From: Botryllus schlosseri
Taxonomy: Eukaryota
Direction of reading: 5' to 3'
DNA length: 64,000 bases
Assembly (NCBI GenBank): GCA_051294905.1
Contig: CM119372.1
Coordinates: 37,512,001-37,576,000, forward strand
Made by a program: the position numbers and the translations under genes
Notes under the pieces: model-generated
What the model saw: only the letters and a program-made list of their open reading frames with translations
Told to the model about the DNA's origin: nothing
Databases searched by the model: none
Part shown: in pieces, positions 1 to 12,669 of the stretch
How the letters are laid out: the number at the start of each line of letters is the position of its first letter
Position numbering within the stretch: position 1 is the first letter of the stretch

Positions 1-593
1 ACCACTTCTAAAAAGCGGAAAATGTATCTCATATCTTTTGTCCATGAAGCTTCAAAGGTGATCTGCTAAATCAGGTGTAACGTTCCTAAAAGTCGGATTT
101 TCCAGATTAGCAGGACACGTCATGGGCTGCTAGATAACGATAGGACAGGTAATTGCTAGATTACGAAACGGTAGTTTCAAACGTTATGGTGGACCATATG
201 GGCGACAATGTGGGGTGAGCGGAACCAAATAGCAATCCGGCACCCAAATTATGTTCACTGATACATTCGTAAAAACATATTTGTCACTCCATAACTACTG
301 TGCGCGAAGCGCAACAAAATTTCTGGGCTTTATTTGACTTTTATGAATATTAAATGTTGGTACTCCGTGAAAACAGCCCCGAAATTCATCAAGCGGTCTT
401 TCGTATTGGGGGCTTAAACTACTTCTACTTGACAAACTGAAAATAGCGAAAAGTAAGTAAGTAGATCACAAAATATTACGAAGTAGAAGTAGAAGTAGAG
501 AAAATCAGATCGACTTGAGTAAGTACCAGAAGTAGAGGAAAACTACTTGAGTACTTCGAAAAAGTAGAAGTACTTCGTTACTGACCACCTCTG
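1..593 (+). mobile_element. Right part of a hAT-type MITE (CAGAGGTGGTCA TIR family), truncated by the window edge
   Basis: Ends in TGACCACCTCTG and is colinear with the right half of the complete copy at 28701-29831, including the AGTAGAAGT subterminal repeats. Confidence 0.85.
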
Positions 594-1309
594 CTTGCAG
601 GGCTGTATTAGTACGTGCATACAACACGTAAGTTGATGTACATACACTGAGTATCATTCCCATTAATCAAATTGTATAGCTGCGTATTCACACGCGTTTC
701 TGATTGAAGGCGGCATCAGGTGGGCGGGCGATGTTTTGTTGACCTCAGCAGCAGCAGCCGTTTCAATCCATAAAATCGATTTTAAATTCGCTGACTACGA
801 ACGAAGTTGGGGGATATATTTGCCTTTGTGAAAGTCTAACGAATAAAATCATTTTTATTGTTCACGCTATTATCGAAGATTATTTCGAGGAAACCGTCGT
901 AATTGTGACATACATTTCATTATAACAAATCAAAATTATTTTCGCTTTCACTCTACTTGAACCATCTCCGCAAAACGAGACTATATAATTTCAATAATAT
1001 CGGTTGACAAATTTGCTGCGCCATATTCGGCAAGGTTCCGTCAATTTTAGAGAATTAGGGTTTAGCTGATCCAAATCTCTACGATTCGAAGCAATCATTC
1101 ATAGTTTTCGTGTTTGAAACTACAGATACAGCTCCTGGTTGGTCGCACGCATCATACTACTTATGAATATCGCGATTGAAGGTTGGCGTATTGTTGTACT
1201 TGGAAATTGACAATAATACGATTCATACCCAGTCGGTAGGCCTGTATACTTTTCTTCTATCATGGTGTATGTTAATCCTGACATGCCCCACGTATAAAAT
1301 CGACTCATT

Positions 1310-1647
1310 TAGGGTTACCATACGTCCTCCTTCAGAAGGATTTGTCCTATTTTTTTTGGTTTTTGAAAATGTCCTCCGATGATGCCGAAATGTCCTCCTT
1401 TAAAGCTTTTGAAGCTAGGATGATGGATAGTTTCGAGTGAAAACGGGCATAAATGACGCTAAACGAGAAATGTGAAAGAAAAAAATGTATTCCGGTGGTT
1501 AAGCCGGGAAGTTGACCTTTTTTCAAGTCAATCAGCCAAAATTTCGTGTGAGATTTAACATTTTTTCCGGATTTTACTCCAGTTCTGTAAGTCTGAAAAT
1601 TTTGAAAAAGTGTCCTCCTTTCCTGATTCCAAAATATGGTAACCCTA
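1310..1647. mobile_element. Short hAT-like MITE (TAGGGTTACCATA TIR)
   Basis: TAGGGTTACCATA...TATGGTAACCCTA termini, repeated internal GTCCTCC motifs and ACTCAT on both flanks (imperfect TSD). Confidence 0.75.
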
Positions 1648-1819
1648 ACTCATGTAAATAAAATGTAGTTACAGATAGTTACTTTATTCATCAAAATCGA
1701 TTCGTGTTGTTGCTAATTCTATTGTTACTCTGTTTTACCCCTCACAATTTTATTTCAATGTATTTCAAACTGCGATGGAGCAAAGATATGAGTTCGGGCT
1801 AATACCAGTAAAAGATTTA

Positions 1820-2032
1820 CCAATTGTAATGGAAATGTTGGAACACTGGTCTTGCAACCTGTAGGGCCATGCTCAAATGTGTCGACGGCTGTCACCACAA
1901 GGCCAAGTCCCTCAATAGCAAAATCAATTCCAGGGTCGGTAGAAAGCCCCGAAGATATTAGGGTCCTCGATCGTCGTAAAAATCGTTTAGCTGCATGCTG
2001 CATACTTGTGGCTTTCTGGTGACACCTGCTTC
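1820..2032 (-). CDS. Candidate internal exon of the same host gene
   Basis: TTTGACAG| acceptor, open frame SRCHQKATS...VPTFPLQL and G|GTAAAT donor. Its phase is compatible with the 7154-7430 exon. Confidence 0.35.
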
Positions 2033-2707
2033 TGTCAAATTTATTTCACACCATATCTTTAATTTGACGCCGCATCCTATTTAGAGGGTTCAATCGCTCT
2101 ATTACTATAAACCAATACAGGGCACATTAGGGTTGTTCAAAATTTGGATATCCTAAAAAGACTTCGTGATTTTGTCTCATTCTGTAGATTATTGATTAAA
2201 AAAAAAAAATTAGCCTGAAAGAAGCTTACAGGAAAACCGTTAAAATTTCGGGCAAAGCGGTTGAAAGTAGCTGCTGAAGAATAGGCGTGCCACCGACCAT
2301 AGAACGTCGAGAAGACTAGTAATCAAATAACGACGGCTCTTGATTGGCTAATCGGATTTGCTTCAATGATCACGGCAGCAGCTGCCTGCTGATAAAGTGT
2401 TCAAGGAGTCTGCTACCGGCGGGGATTCTGAATGCGCATTGTTAGTAGGTTGGCAGGTGATGATTTAAGATTAATTCAGGACATGTCGAGGTACGAAATA
2501 CATGACAAACAAACAACAGCTGCTTCACAAAAACGTTTACAGCATGACCTCTTTATTGTGAAGGCAACGGCTGTAGCCTACATGCCGTGTTTTCATCGAG
2601 GGAAAGCAAGGGCGCTTGTGCAAGTGTTGAGCGAATTCACCGTTTCAGAAGGGATCCATCATCAGTGAATATAAATATAAAGCTTAACAATGACGCTATA
2701 CTTTGTG

Positions 2708-3334
2708 CATAGTGTCCTAGAAGGTGTCGACACAGGAAAATCTCACGCCTCAGTGAAATTGTATCACGTCACAATTTCCATTTGGCTACAGGCAATTTGA
2801 CGGTCATTTTTGACCGGCTTGACGAGCATTAAATTTGGTAAAACGGGTATCAATCGAAAGCTGACTCTGCAATGATTACGAAAATATACATTTTATTCCG
2901 CTCATGTCCCTGGAACTCCCACAATCAGCCTCGGATTTTTCATTGTTATGGAGATTGGCATTGGGACGCAACAATGGTGTCTGGCTCTTTTTCTCTTGAG
3001 CTACTCTCTCGTTTCGCCAGACAGCATTGTTACGTTCTGAGCTACTCTCTCGTTTCGCCAGACAGCATTGTTGCGTCCCAATGCCAATCTCCATAACAAT
3101 GAAAAATTCGAGGCTGCTCGGGGAAGTTCCAGCCCCACGAGCGGAATAAAATTTATATTTTTGTAATCAGTGGAGAGTCAGCTTTCAATTGATACCAGTT
3201 TTACCAAATTTAATGCTCGGCAAGCCGGTCAAAAATGACCGTCAAATTGCCTGTAGCCAAATCGAAATTGTGACGTGATGCAATTTCACTGAGGCGTGAG
3301 ATTTGCCTGTGTCGACACCATATAGGACACTATG
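2708..3334. mobile_element. Fully palindromic MITE with CATAG termini and a 7-bp TSD (P-element-like by inference)
   Basis: CATAGTGTCCTA...TAGGACACTATG with inverted arms of about 280 bp and a tandem duplication of about 40 bp at the centre. TSD CTTTGTG/ATTTGTG. The empty site is visible in the opposite arm of the host element at about 6170-6200. Confidence 0.8.
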
Positions 3335-4747
3335 ATTTGTGTGATCTTATTGGGCTGAAGCTGTAGTATATAGGTGACGTTTTGATTGCTCTAGGGATCG
3401 GCTGAATGAGCGAGTTGTGCTTGGCACTTATCAGATGCTTACAGCAAGTTATTCAAGACCTTAATGATAAGAAAAGAGCTGTTAAAGTACGCACACTAGC
3501 ACAGGCTATGCTGGGTATGGTATATCAAAGTCTTTATTGATCCCGCAGAAAAGAGGTGTAAAGAAAAGCACAGACTATGCTGCATAGTATTCAGCATAGT
3601 TTTGATATCATATCCAGCATAGTCTGTGCTTATATTACACCTCTTTTCTGCAGCATCATTAAGGACTTCGGTAACACTTATAAGCAAAGGTCGTCAGTAA
3701 CGAAGTACTTCTACTTTTTCGAAGTACTCAAGTAGCTTTCTCCTGCTTCTATTACTTACTCAAGTAGATCTGATTTTCGCTACTTTTACTTCTACTTCGT
3801 AATATCTTGTGATCTACTAATTTACTTCTCGCTATTTTCAGTTTGTCAAGTAGGAGTAGTTAATTCTCCAATAAGAAAGATAGCCTGACGAATTTCGGTG
3901 CGGTTTTCACGGAGTAGCAACATTTAATTTTCGTAAACGTCAAATAAAACCCAGAACTTTTGTTGCGCTTCGCGCACAGTAGTTTTGGAGTGTCAAATAT
4001 ATGTTTTCACGAAAGTATCGGTGAATATAATTTAGGCAGCGGATTGCGTGGGTCCGCTCACATCGCATTGTCGCCCATTTCAAATATTTCATCACAGTAA
4101 ATATGACCCACCATAACGCTTGAAACTACCGTTTCGCAATCTAGCAATTGCCTATCACATCGTAACTAGCAGCCCATGACGTGTCCGAATGCGGAAAAGT
4201 GGACTGCGGCTTTTTTGAACGTTACACCTGCTTTAACAGACCACCTTTCTGGACAAAAGACGTGAAATGTATTTTCCGCTTTTTCAAATTTCTCTTTCAA
4301 TTCCGAGTATCATACTTCGAATTTTAATTAATTTCAGTTCTATTGTCTGCAGACATACATGTTGAAGTATAAAAGCAAGTGTGATAATGACTCTATTTTC
4401 CGAAAATAAAGCTCTACTATATACAATTTTACGATCCACCATATTTTTCATTAACGTATACTAATCGTGCAAAGTGTTGAAACCGTATCCGATACAACTT
4501 CTCCGTATTGCTCTTCGCCTAAACCAGGGTTAGGCAACTTCTCCAGTCGGCGGGCCGGATATAGGAAAATTAAGTACTTGGTGGGCCGGATTGTTGAATC
4601 GATAGATTATTCGCCCATTTATTCACATATACAAGGAATAAATCGTATTTAAAGAATGTATTTTAACGTCAGCAATGTCATTTCAAAGCAATTTCTCGCT
4701 AATAATGACGAAGACACGGTGGAGTACATAACCGCATTGTCATACAG

Positions 4748-5044
4748 CAGTGGTTCTCAAACTTTCTTCAACACGCCCCCCTTTTTGATAGTGAAAAATT
4801 CCGGGCCCCCTGATCGTGATATCACAAAATATTAAAGAGATAAATCAGAATGCTAGCCATCCCAACGGATAGGTTGACGGCATTAAAGGTTATGGCTATT
4901 GATGAGAGAATTCTCAAATATGACTTCGGACAATAGACAGAGGAATCACCATGAGCTGGAGGTAAATCGCGAAAAATTTTCAGTTAACTGTGACTTCGCG
5001 TCCCCTTTCAGATGCTTTCCAATCCCCCAGCTTGAGAACCGCTG
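4748..5044 (+). mobile_element. hAT MITE (CAGTGGTTCTCAA TIR)
   Basis: CAGTGGTTCTCAA...TTGAGAACCGCTG with TSD TCATACAG/TCATACAT. A reverse homolog lies at 55889-56203. Confidence 0.85.
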
Positions 5045-5170
5045 TCATACATGCATCGCCATGTCTGCTTCTCTCTGATCAACCAACACAAGGTGCAATC
5101 CTAAATTACGATTTTAAGGCGTGCGATAAGCCCGGTATACCCCTGATTTACGAAAGTATCAATTCAGTAG

Positions 5171-5441
5171 GTGGCGAGATAGCGTATAGTGGTATAATCC
5201 ACAGCTACAAAACCGATGTGTTGTAGGTTCCAGTCCGACTCCAGAATTCCTACCTAAGTTATGAAGCTTTATCTAAGCGCCTCCTCGCCATCTCATCGGC
5301 ATAATTATGAAGCGGTGTCTCACAAAAGCCTTGACGTGTGCCGTGCTACCAGCAGTGCACGGTTACGGATTCAGAAATATGAAATATCGGCCTGGTGTAA
5401 ATGACCATTGTAGTCGACAAACACTATGATTACCACAAACA
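5171..5441 (+). mobile_element. Degenerate tRNA-derived SINE
   Basis: Colinear with the SINE at 47881-48137: GATAGCG..AGTGGTATAATCC head and GGTGTAAATGACCAT.GTAGTCGACAAACAC tail. Confidence 0.7.
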
Positions 5442-7153
5442 TCATTAAGCATGAGTAGACTACATAGTAAATGCTGACAATGCAATAAGTCTTCTCGCTT
5501 CGACAAACTTACCCGTAAGTTCCACTCTCGCACGCTGCGTAGTGCGCAAACACGGATATATTAACATACAGTCACTAAAATCTGACGTATTAGGCAAGTA
5601 GTGGGGGCAAATCTCGGCAGACTGATGGGCCGCGGACCACATTATCATGTAAGACGGGAATCTGTCCGCGGGCCGGATCCGGACCGCGGGCCGTATGTTG
5701 CCCGCCCCTGGCCTAAACTATAGGGACTTATAATATGGGGTAGGGCGCCATGTCATGATATTTTCAAAAACGGGGTGTTTGAGTGAACAAAAGGGTTAGT
5801 ATCGCATTTTCATATCAATACTATAATTTGCATCCCATGATGCGGACGAATGCTCATTCTGTCGAAAATCGATACCTCCTGGCATGCATCAATACGAATC
5901 AAAGCTCTCTGCACATCCCGCATAGCTCGATTTGCAGCTTTTGACTGTCCATGCGAACGAATTACGACCGTTTTCAAAACTACTTACTTACTTGAGTAGA
6001 TTTTTCGTCGCTACTTCTACTTCTACTGGAGTAGCGTTCTTGACTACTTTGACCACCTCCGCTTATAAGTGAATTCAATTTGCTGTAAGTATAACGGCCA
6101 AGAATAACCGGCTGATTCAGTCGATCCCTAGAGCATTCAAAACTTCAACTATATACTACAACTTGGGTCCAATAAGATCACACAAAGTATAGTGTCATAG
6201 TCAAGCTTTATATTTGTATTCACTGATGATGGATCCCTTCTGAAACGGGGAATTCATTCACCACTCGCGTAAGCACCTCTGTCTGCTTTTTCTCGACGAA
6301 AACACAGCATGTAGGCTACAGCCGCTTCCGTCACAATAAAGCAGTCATGCTGTAAAAGTTTTTGTGAAGCGGCTGTTCTTTGTTCATCATGTATTTCGTA
6401 CCTCAACATGTCCTAAATTAATCTTAAATCATCATCTGTGAACCTACCAACAATGCGCTTTCAGAATCTCCGCCGGTAGCAGACTCCTAGAATACCTAAT
6501 CAGCAAGCTGCTGCTGTCGTGATCATTGAAGCATAGCCGATTAGCCAATCAAGAGCAGTGGTTATGTAACTACCAGTCTTCTCGCCGCTCTATGGTCTAC
6601 GCCCGTTCTTGAGCAGCTACTTTCAAACGCTTTTCCCGAAATCTTACCGGCTTTCCTGTTAGCTTCTTTCAGGCTCATAGTTTTTTTTTATATCAATAAT
6701 CTACAGAATGAGACACAATCACGGGGTATTCTCAACATTTTCCAAATTTTGGACAACCGTATGGCACATGCACAATGTTCCTGATTCATGAAGTAGCAAT
6801 ATAGCTCCACATGACGGCCTGTGTCCGTATTCGTGGTCATGTGCATTGCTCATACACGTTCCATGACCGTTCGAGCTCACACCAACCCAAACCTATCAAA
6901 GGTTTGTTAACCCGTCCCAATTATGCGCTCTGAAGCAGACGGAAGGAGCATAGATCATGCACCTCTAATCCTATGTTGCTGGAATCAATTAATGTCTTCT
7001 AATGGGGCATCATTTAGGCTGGGGAAACTAATGCTTATTATGCTATTATGACTGTGAGAGCCAGTAAAATATCAAATGTAATAGGTATGATATATGGTAG
7101 GTTACATAATGACCATAGTAATGTTTGGCAACCTGTCCTTACCGCGGCTCACT

Positions 7154-7430
7154 TTAGTAACGGTATTTTGTCTTGCAACTCATGATTTACATGACGAGTT
7201 AACCAAACACGTTTATGTATACTGTAGATGTGATGTATTGATCTTCGTAAATAGAACACATCATTGAGACTGTTGGCACTACAATCAAATATTTTGTGAT
7301 TGCATCTTCGAGAGCGCACGTCTCCATCAACTACCATCCTATTCCCGTAATTGGTCAATATGGAAACGAGGGAAGAGAACGCAGCCTTGCAATGATACGT
7401 CGGCCCAAACAAGATCAGAGTCGTAATAGC
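7154..7430 (-). CDS. Candidate internal exon of the same host gene
   Basis: CTGCAG| acceptor, open frame AITTLILFGPTYHCK...QDKIPLL and AA|GTGAG donor (phase 2), in non-repetitive DNA. Confidence 0.35.
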
Positions 7431-10400
7431 CTGCAGTGTATAAATGTGTGCGCAGGTATGAGATTAGTCTAATAAAAACTATTCCAGATCAATTTATTTA
7501 AAGTGAACAGCTGCTGCGGAATCGAACTGGAGGTCTCGAAACTCTTTTTATACATCTTTGAAAATTGCAGCTACTTTACATCGTGTACTTTGACGTGGGT
7601 GCAAAGAAAATTGACCACCGTTTGTTTGATACACGAAAAGATATTGGCAATTGAGCATGAGTGGGTGTGGAATTATCAAAATGTTGTTAGACATAGGCAG
7701 CAATTACATCTTATGATTTTTTTACAGGTTTGCAATGAGTTTACAGCATTTTCGGCATGCAGCGCACTTGAACAACGAACTCACTCAATTCACTACTGAG
7801 TCTATCTTCAATTCGAAATCTTTGTACCTAATCTAAATCATTTAAATCCATTCCCTTTGACATTCTCAGTAGTGTGATAAGTGGAAACTGCTGCAAAATT
7901 ACCAGCTAACAAAAGAGATATATCCATGAATTTCGATTTGTAACATTTATCAACGCATAGATTTACAGATACCGATTTTGATTGATGACTAGAATTGGGA
8001 TGTCTTTACATCTTTGCCAGCTTTAATCTGTGTTTATTTCAATTTTTCTTGTTACCATCTCGGTGAAATGCGGCAGACTCATAGCTTATGATATGATTAG
8101 AATCGAATTGATCATTTCTGATGACATGTCTTTCATCCAAGTTAAGATGCTGGTACTGAAGATTGCATTCTTTCTATATTTTAACTTTGAAGATAGGTAA
8201 AACACTCATTGTTTTGCGGCGTGAATCTACGTCACGAATGCTAGTGTCAACGTCTTAAGTTTGTACCATATGTATCGTATACAAAGGTCGTTAATAGCAA
8301 CTACGTAACGGTGTCAATTTTGGTTTCAGTTTGCGAAATATAATAAAATATTCATGTTCACCAAAATTTAACAACAAAACTATAGTGTACTGCTGGGAGT
8401 GTTTCACAGATCATTATAATGAGAGTTGCGAATGTCATATGTATCACAAGCTCTCAAAATTGGTTTTAAACAATCCTTATGCTAAGTGCCCAAGAACAAC
8501 GCAATACTTCCAACAAAAATTTAATTCGATGGCATCGCATCTTGAGCGTGAACAATTTGAAAGAATATGGGCCAATTTTGAAATTTTGATTGACTTACGT
8601 CTTTTCTGATGCTTATCAACGTTTTTGACAATTTAGAGGCGACTCGTAACTGGTTGCTCGTGATGAAGAAAATCCATTATCATTGTCAATGCACAGTCTT
8701 GCAGTCATTATAAGACCATTTTGATCGTCCGACAGGCATAGAATAATAAACATCTGTTTCAGAAGACAATTACAAACGTTTGTCATGCCATATCCTTATT
8801 GCTCAATAATTATACGGTCAATTACAATTACAATCATTGCCAATAAACATTACGCAATATGCTGTAGGCTATTTTTGCGAAATTAGGGTATCTTTTGGTT
8901 ATTATTTCTCGTTTTCTTTATTCGATTCAATTGAAGTTAAGCTGAAATGTAAGAAATTCATATAGATTCCTAGGCATCGTATTGTCGATCTCCCACGAAT
9001 GTGAGATTCATGATAACGCCAAATGCGTAAGTTAGTATGTATTAAGTACTATCAGGCGAAGAGCTCTGTACGAGCTCAGGATGATAGGAATCTTTTAAGT
9101 CAATTATTCAAGCAAACAGATAAGCCTCCGATATTTGTTTAACTATACTTTTAATAGATATTAATGCAGAAAAGTATCCGTTACTGCAGTACTAGATATT
9201 TTTCCTACAATTTTTTGCCGTATGCGAGCAGTCGAATCGAAACTGTAAGAGCTTGACATTCCATTATGTTCTGAAAATAAGGTACATACGTAGGCAAATA
9301 TAGTCACTACACAAAGACTCACCAACGACATTCCATACCTCATTTACAGACATAGCTGAACGACGAGTGGTGTTGACTGTTGCGTAGTTTTACCTATAGA
9401 AGGGCACAGGTCGACTGGATGAATTGATTACTGTAATGAAGTAATGCACACCGAAAATTGTTGCAATTGTTGTTTGCAAGTTGCGATAGCCCGAGGCTGA
9501 TCGCACGCGAGGAATCCTAAACCCGCCAACCAAATCATCGCTCCCGTGTTGCGCGAACATATGAACTCTAGCACCCTCTGGTTACCATCACATGAAGAAT
9601 ACGTATCACAATGTACTACATTTGACGCGGTATTATTGCGTCCCGATAATAATTAAGCAACGCTTGGTCTGGCGACATTCAATCTTATTACCAAAGTATA
9701 CCAGATGTAAGTCTCTCGAATTCGAGCGAAACTCATGTATAATCCGTCATATTGAACGTCTGAAATACAGGCTGCGTTGTTAGCATTGAGCATATCTGTG
9801 GGTTGTACATCTTACGAATCTCAGGACATCCCAGATTATTTAGCCAAATCCGCTAAGCTGATTAAATCCGGTCTGCTATTAATCTGATAACCGGTAGCCG
9901 TACCTGATGGCTGATAAGTCCTTTGTTACTGTCCCAAGCAAGGCACAATTTTAGAGTTAAATTATTGTTTCGGGTCATATTTTCAAACGAAAACCTTAAA
10001 ATACGTTATTCGACACCGTTCAATAGTAGGTTCAATATATTGTCTACATATGATCTGCGATCTGCAGGAGACTTTTCATTATCCGTCAATCACCAGTTTC
10101 TTTCTCTTCCAACCATCCAAATTGAGGGCTAAAACAAAAGAACGTCATTTCGAAACATAATAACTGCAAATCGAAAAAATCAGAAGAAATCCTTCTAATG
10201 TTGTGTGTAAGACTGGAAGAAATTGATATTATGTCGTTGATGTTTTTGCAAATTTTTGATAGCGTCAAGGTAAAATGCAAGACAAATATAAATTTAATTG
10301 AATATCTCTTCCTCACAATGCAACATACATAATTCACGGTAATAGTTCCTAAATTGAAATAAGACAAACTAGTTGGAATAACCTAGTGATTAACATCTGT

Positions 10401-10730
10401 TATGCATTATCGATTTTTTAATTGTAATCATCCATCAGCAAGGGATGATTAACACGTCCACCGTACATCATGCATGTTCCGTTCATTCGTTTGATATCTA
10501 CCATTGGGCTAATCGTCAAAAGTCTCCATTAGCAGAAAATGCAAGAAAACATGTGAATTGAGGATTACATAGCTAGAATCAAAGCTATCTGCTTGAATAA
10601 TGTGACGAATATGCTGTATATATACTCACAATCCCACCTTTCTTTCGAAACCAAACTTCGTCGACGTCTGATGAAGGAAAATGAATTCTACTTGCGGGGT
10701 ATGATGCGTGCATCAAAACTGTGGACAACA

Positions 10731-11916
10731 CAGGGATGGTGTGAACCTCTGAAAGGTTCAGGTTCGTGTGAACGCGAACCTTTTTGAAAGGTTCTGTGTG
10801 AACACGAACGTGAACCTCATGACGTCACGTGACGTCATATTGCTAATTCCAAGCCTATCCTTCAATGAAATGATAGCCTATATTAATGTACACGATACCT
10901 AGTGACGACTCGGGCAACATAACGTCACAATGCTGAAGTATATATTGACGTTTTAAACGTCGCCAAATATATCAACTGATGGTGCAATCAAATGACATAA
11001 TAATCCCAATATATCTTCCGCCGCTTTGCCAACAATTTCGACGAAGACTTACCAGAGAATATAAGTAAAGGAAAGTTTATTTTTGTCTTTGATGTTTTTG
11101 CAGCATATACACCGAATCATGATATACATACATACGATCTGCGCATATGCATACCTTGATTACATGATGTGCATATGCCGCCGGGCAAGGAAGATGCAGA
11201 TATAGTCGCTTGTAGCAGTGTTGGGATGACTCGAGTCATGACTTGACTCAAATCAGACTCGAATCACCTTTTTCGTATGACAGACCGGAAAATGTATTCG
11301 GCATCCGAGTATTGCTACATTGGTATTGATCAGAGTGTGAACCGGGTTATCTATGCTTGCTACTGATATTACCCCATTAGCACGATTTACAACAGTAGCC
11401 AACACCTCAATTGCAATGATTTGGTTTTAATGATACAGTAAACATGAAGTCAAGATTGACCGCGTGCGTCGGCTGGATTTTCTACATCAGAAAACGATAT
11501 CAATCTCATTGATTGGTTAAATAAGCATCATTCGCTGACTGCATAGCTTATTTCGCTCGTGATGTTTTGTGATTGCGGGTCAAGCTCGCAGCAGAGAGTC
11601 ACTAAATATTTACAAACGGAAAGCTGGATCTTTCGAGCAAACTTTTGCAACAAAGCAAGTAAAACTTTTGAGATTGTCAAGGTGCATGCTCGTTTAGTGT
11701 TGATTTTTTTATGCTGCCAGCGCCATGCACGGAGTGGCCTGCAGTTGAAATGCAATAAATTTAAACGAACGATGCTATAATGAAGTGAAAATCGTTATAT
11801 ATGAAAAAGGTTCACAGTGCAGAACCTACCAAGGTTCTGTTGTGAACGCGAACCTCGAAATTTCCGAGGTTCACACACAGAACGTGAACGTGAACCTCAC
11901 GTTCACTCCATCCCTA
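10731..11916 (+). mobile_element. hAT-type MITE (TAGGGATGGTGTGAACC family), near-empty copy
   Basis: CAGGGATGGTGTGAAC...GTTCACTCCATCCCTA with GAACGTGAACC subterminal repeats. Colinear with the expanded copy at 47561-59247. No clear TSD. Confidence 0.8.
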
Positions 11917-12669
11917 GTATCTATGCTCGCAATGCTCACATGTTGATAATACAGTTTATTATTACGCTTTATACGGACCAGATAATCCCGACAACCGTTT
12001 TATGTGACCAAAATGATCGGAAACGAAACAAACGTGAAACTTTCACGTTCAAAATTCCGACACAGGTACGCGATTCATATCGTTATGACACATTTAATAT
12101 ACTTCGTCCAATACAACATGGTTAATGACGGTAAACAATGACGATCCATGTAGTAGCAATCGGCAAGGCACTCATATAAGACCGCGTCAGCTTCATGGTC
12201 GTTTTTTTTCGGTACAAACGCGTTCCTTTTCCAAATCATAATTTTAATTATTCACGTGAAGAAAATAACATTTCGGCCCATGCGGCACAGATTAGCATTA
12301 TTTGAGAAATTATTTTAATATTATAACCCTCAATTTGTGTGTTATAAATCATACAATATACAGTATTTGTTGAGTAGCTTGATATCGAAATCCTCTACAA
12401 TTTATTATGGAGAAGGTCGGTGCCAATAACAGCAGTGAAGCGCATGTGTAATACATTTATGTATGTATATTGGGGGTTATGGTGCTTAGCTGCTACGGCC
12501 TTGTGCACCAGGCCAACGTTTTGTAGGCATATGCGCTCGATTTGCCTACTGCATTATAGTTGCCTGTCGGTGAGGAAAACATAATCAATCACAGGCAAAA
12601 TTATGTAGGGGTTGCCGAAAAGTGATACAATGTATATTGACACATGGTTTCGTAGTGTTATGTCCTTAA

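Larger units (their letters stand above)
4525..5710 (+). mobile_element. hAT (Charlie/Buster-like) MITE, CAGGGGCGGGCAAC family
   Basis: Perfect TSD GCCTAAAC at 4517-4524 and 5711-5718. Homologous to 46984-47519. Confidence 0.9.
3685..6061 (-). mobile_element. hAT-type MITE (CAGAGGTGGTCA family), reverse copy carrying nested inserts
   Basis: Perfect 8-bp TSD CTTATAAG at 3677-3684 and 6062-6069. Reverse complement of 28701-29831. Confidence 0.9.
2128..6761. mobile_element. Long palindromic (foldback) MITE with TAGGG ends; outer shell of nest 1
   Basis: 2128-2707 plus 3335-3400 is the reverse complement of about 6110-6761. There is a hairpin centre near 3540-3650. TSD GGGCACAT/TGGCACAT (7/8). 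Confidence 0.8.

Noticed and set aside
11528..11780. ORFs repeated at 58763-59092 as a duplicated gene
   Set aside because: They lie within two copies of the same MITE, are open on both strands and contain no recognisable motif.
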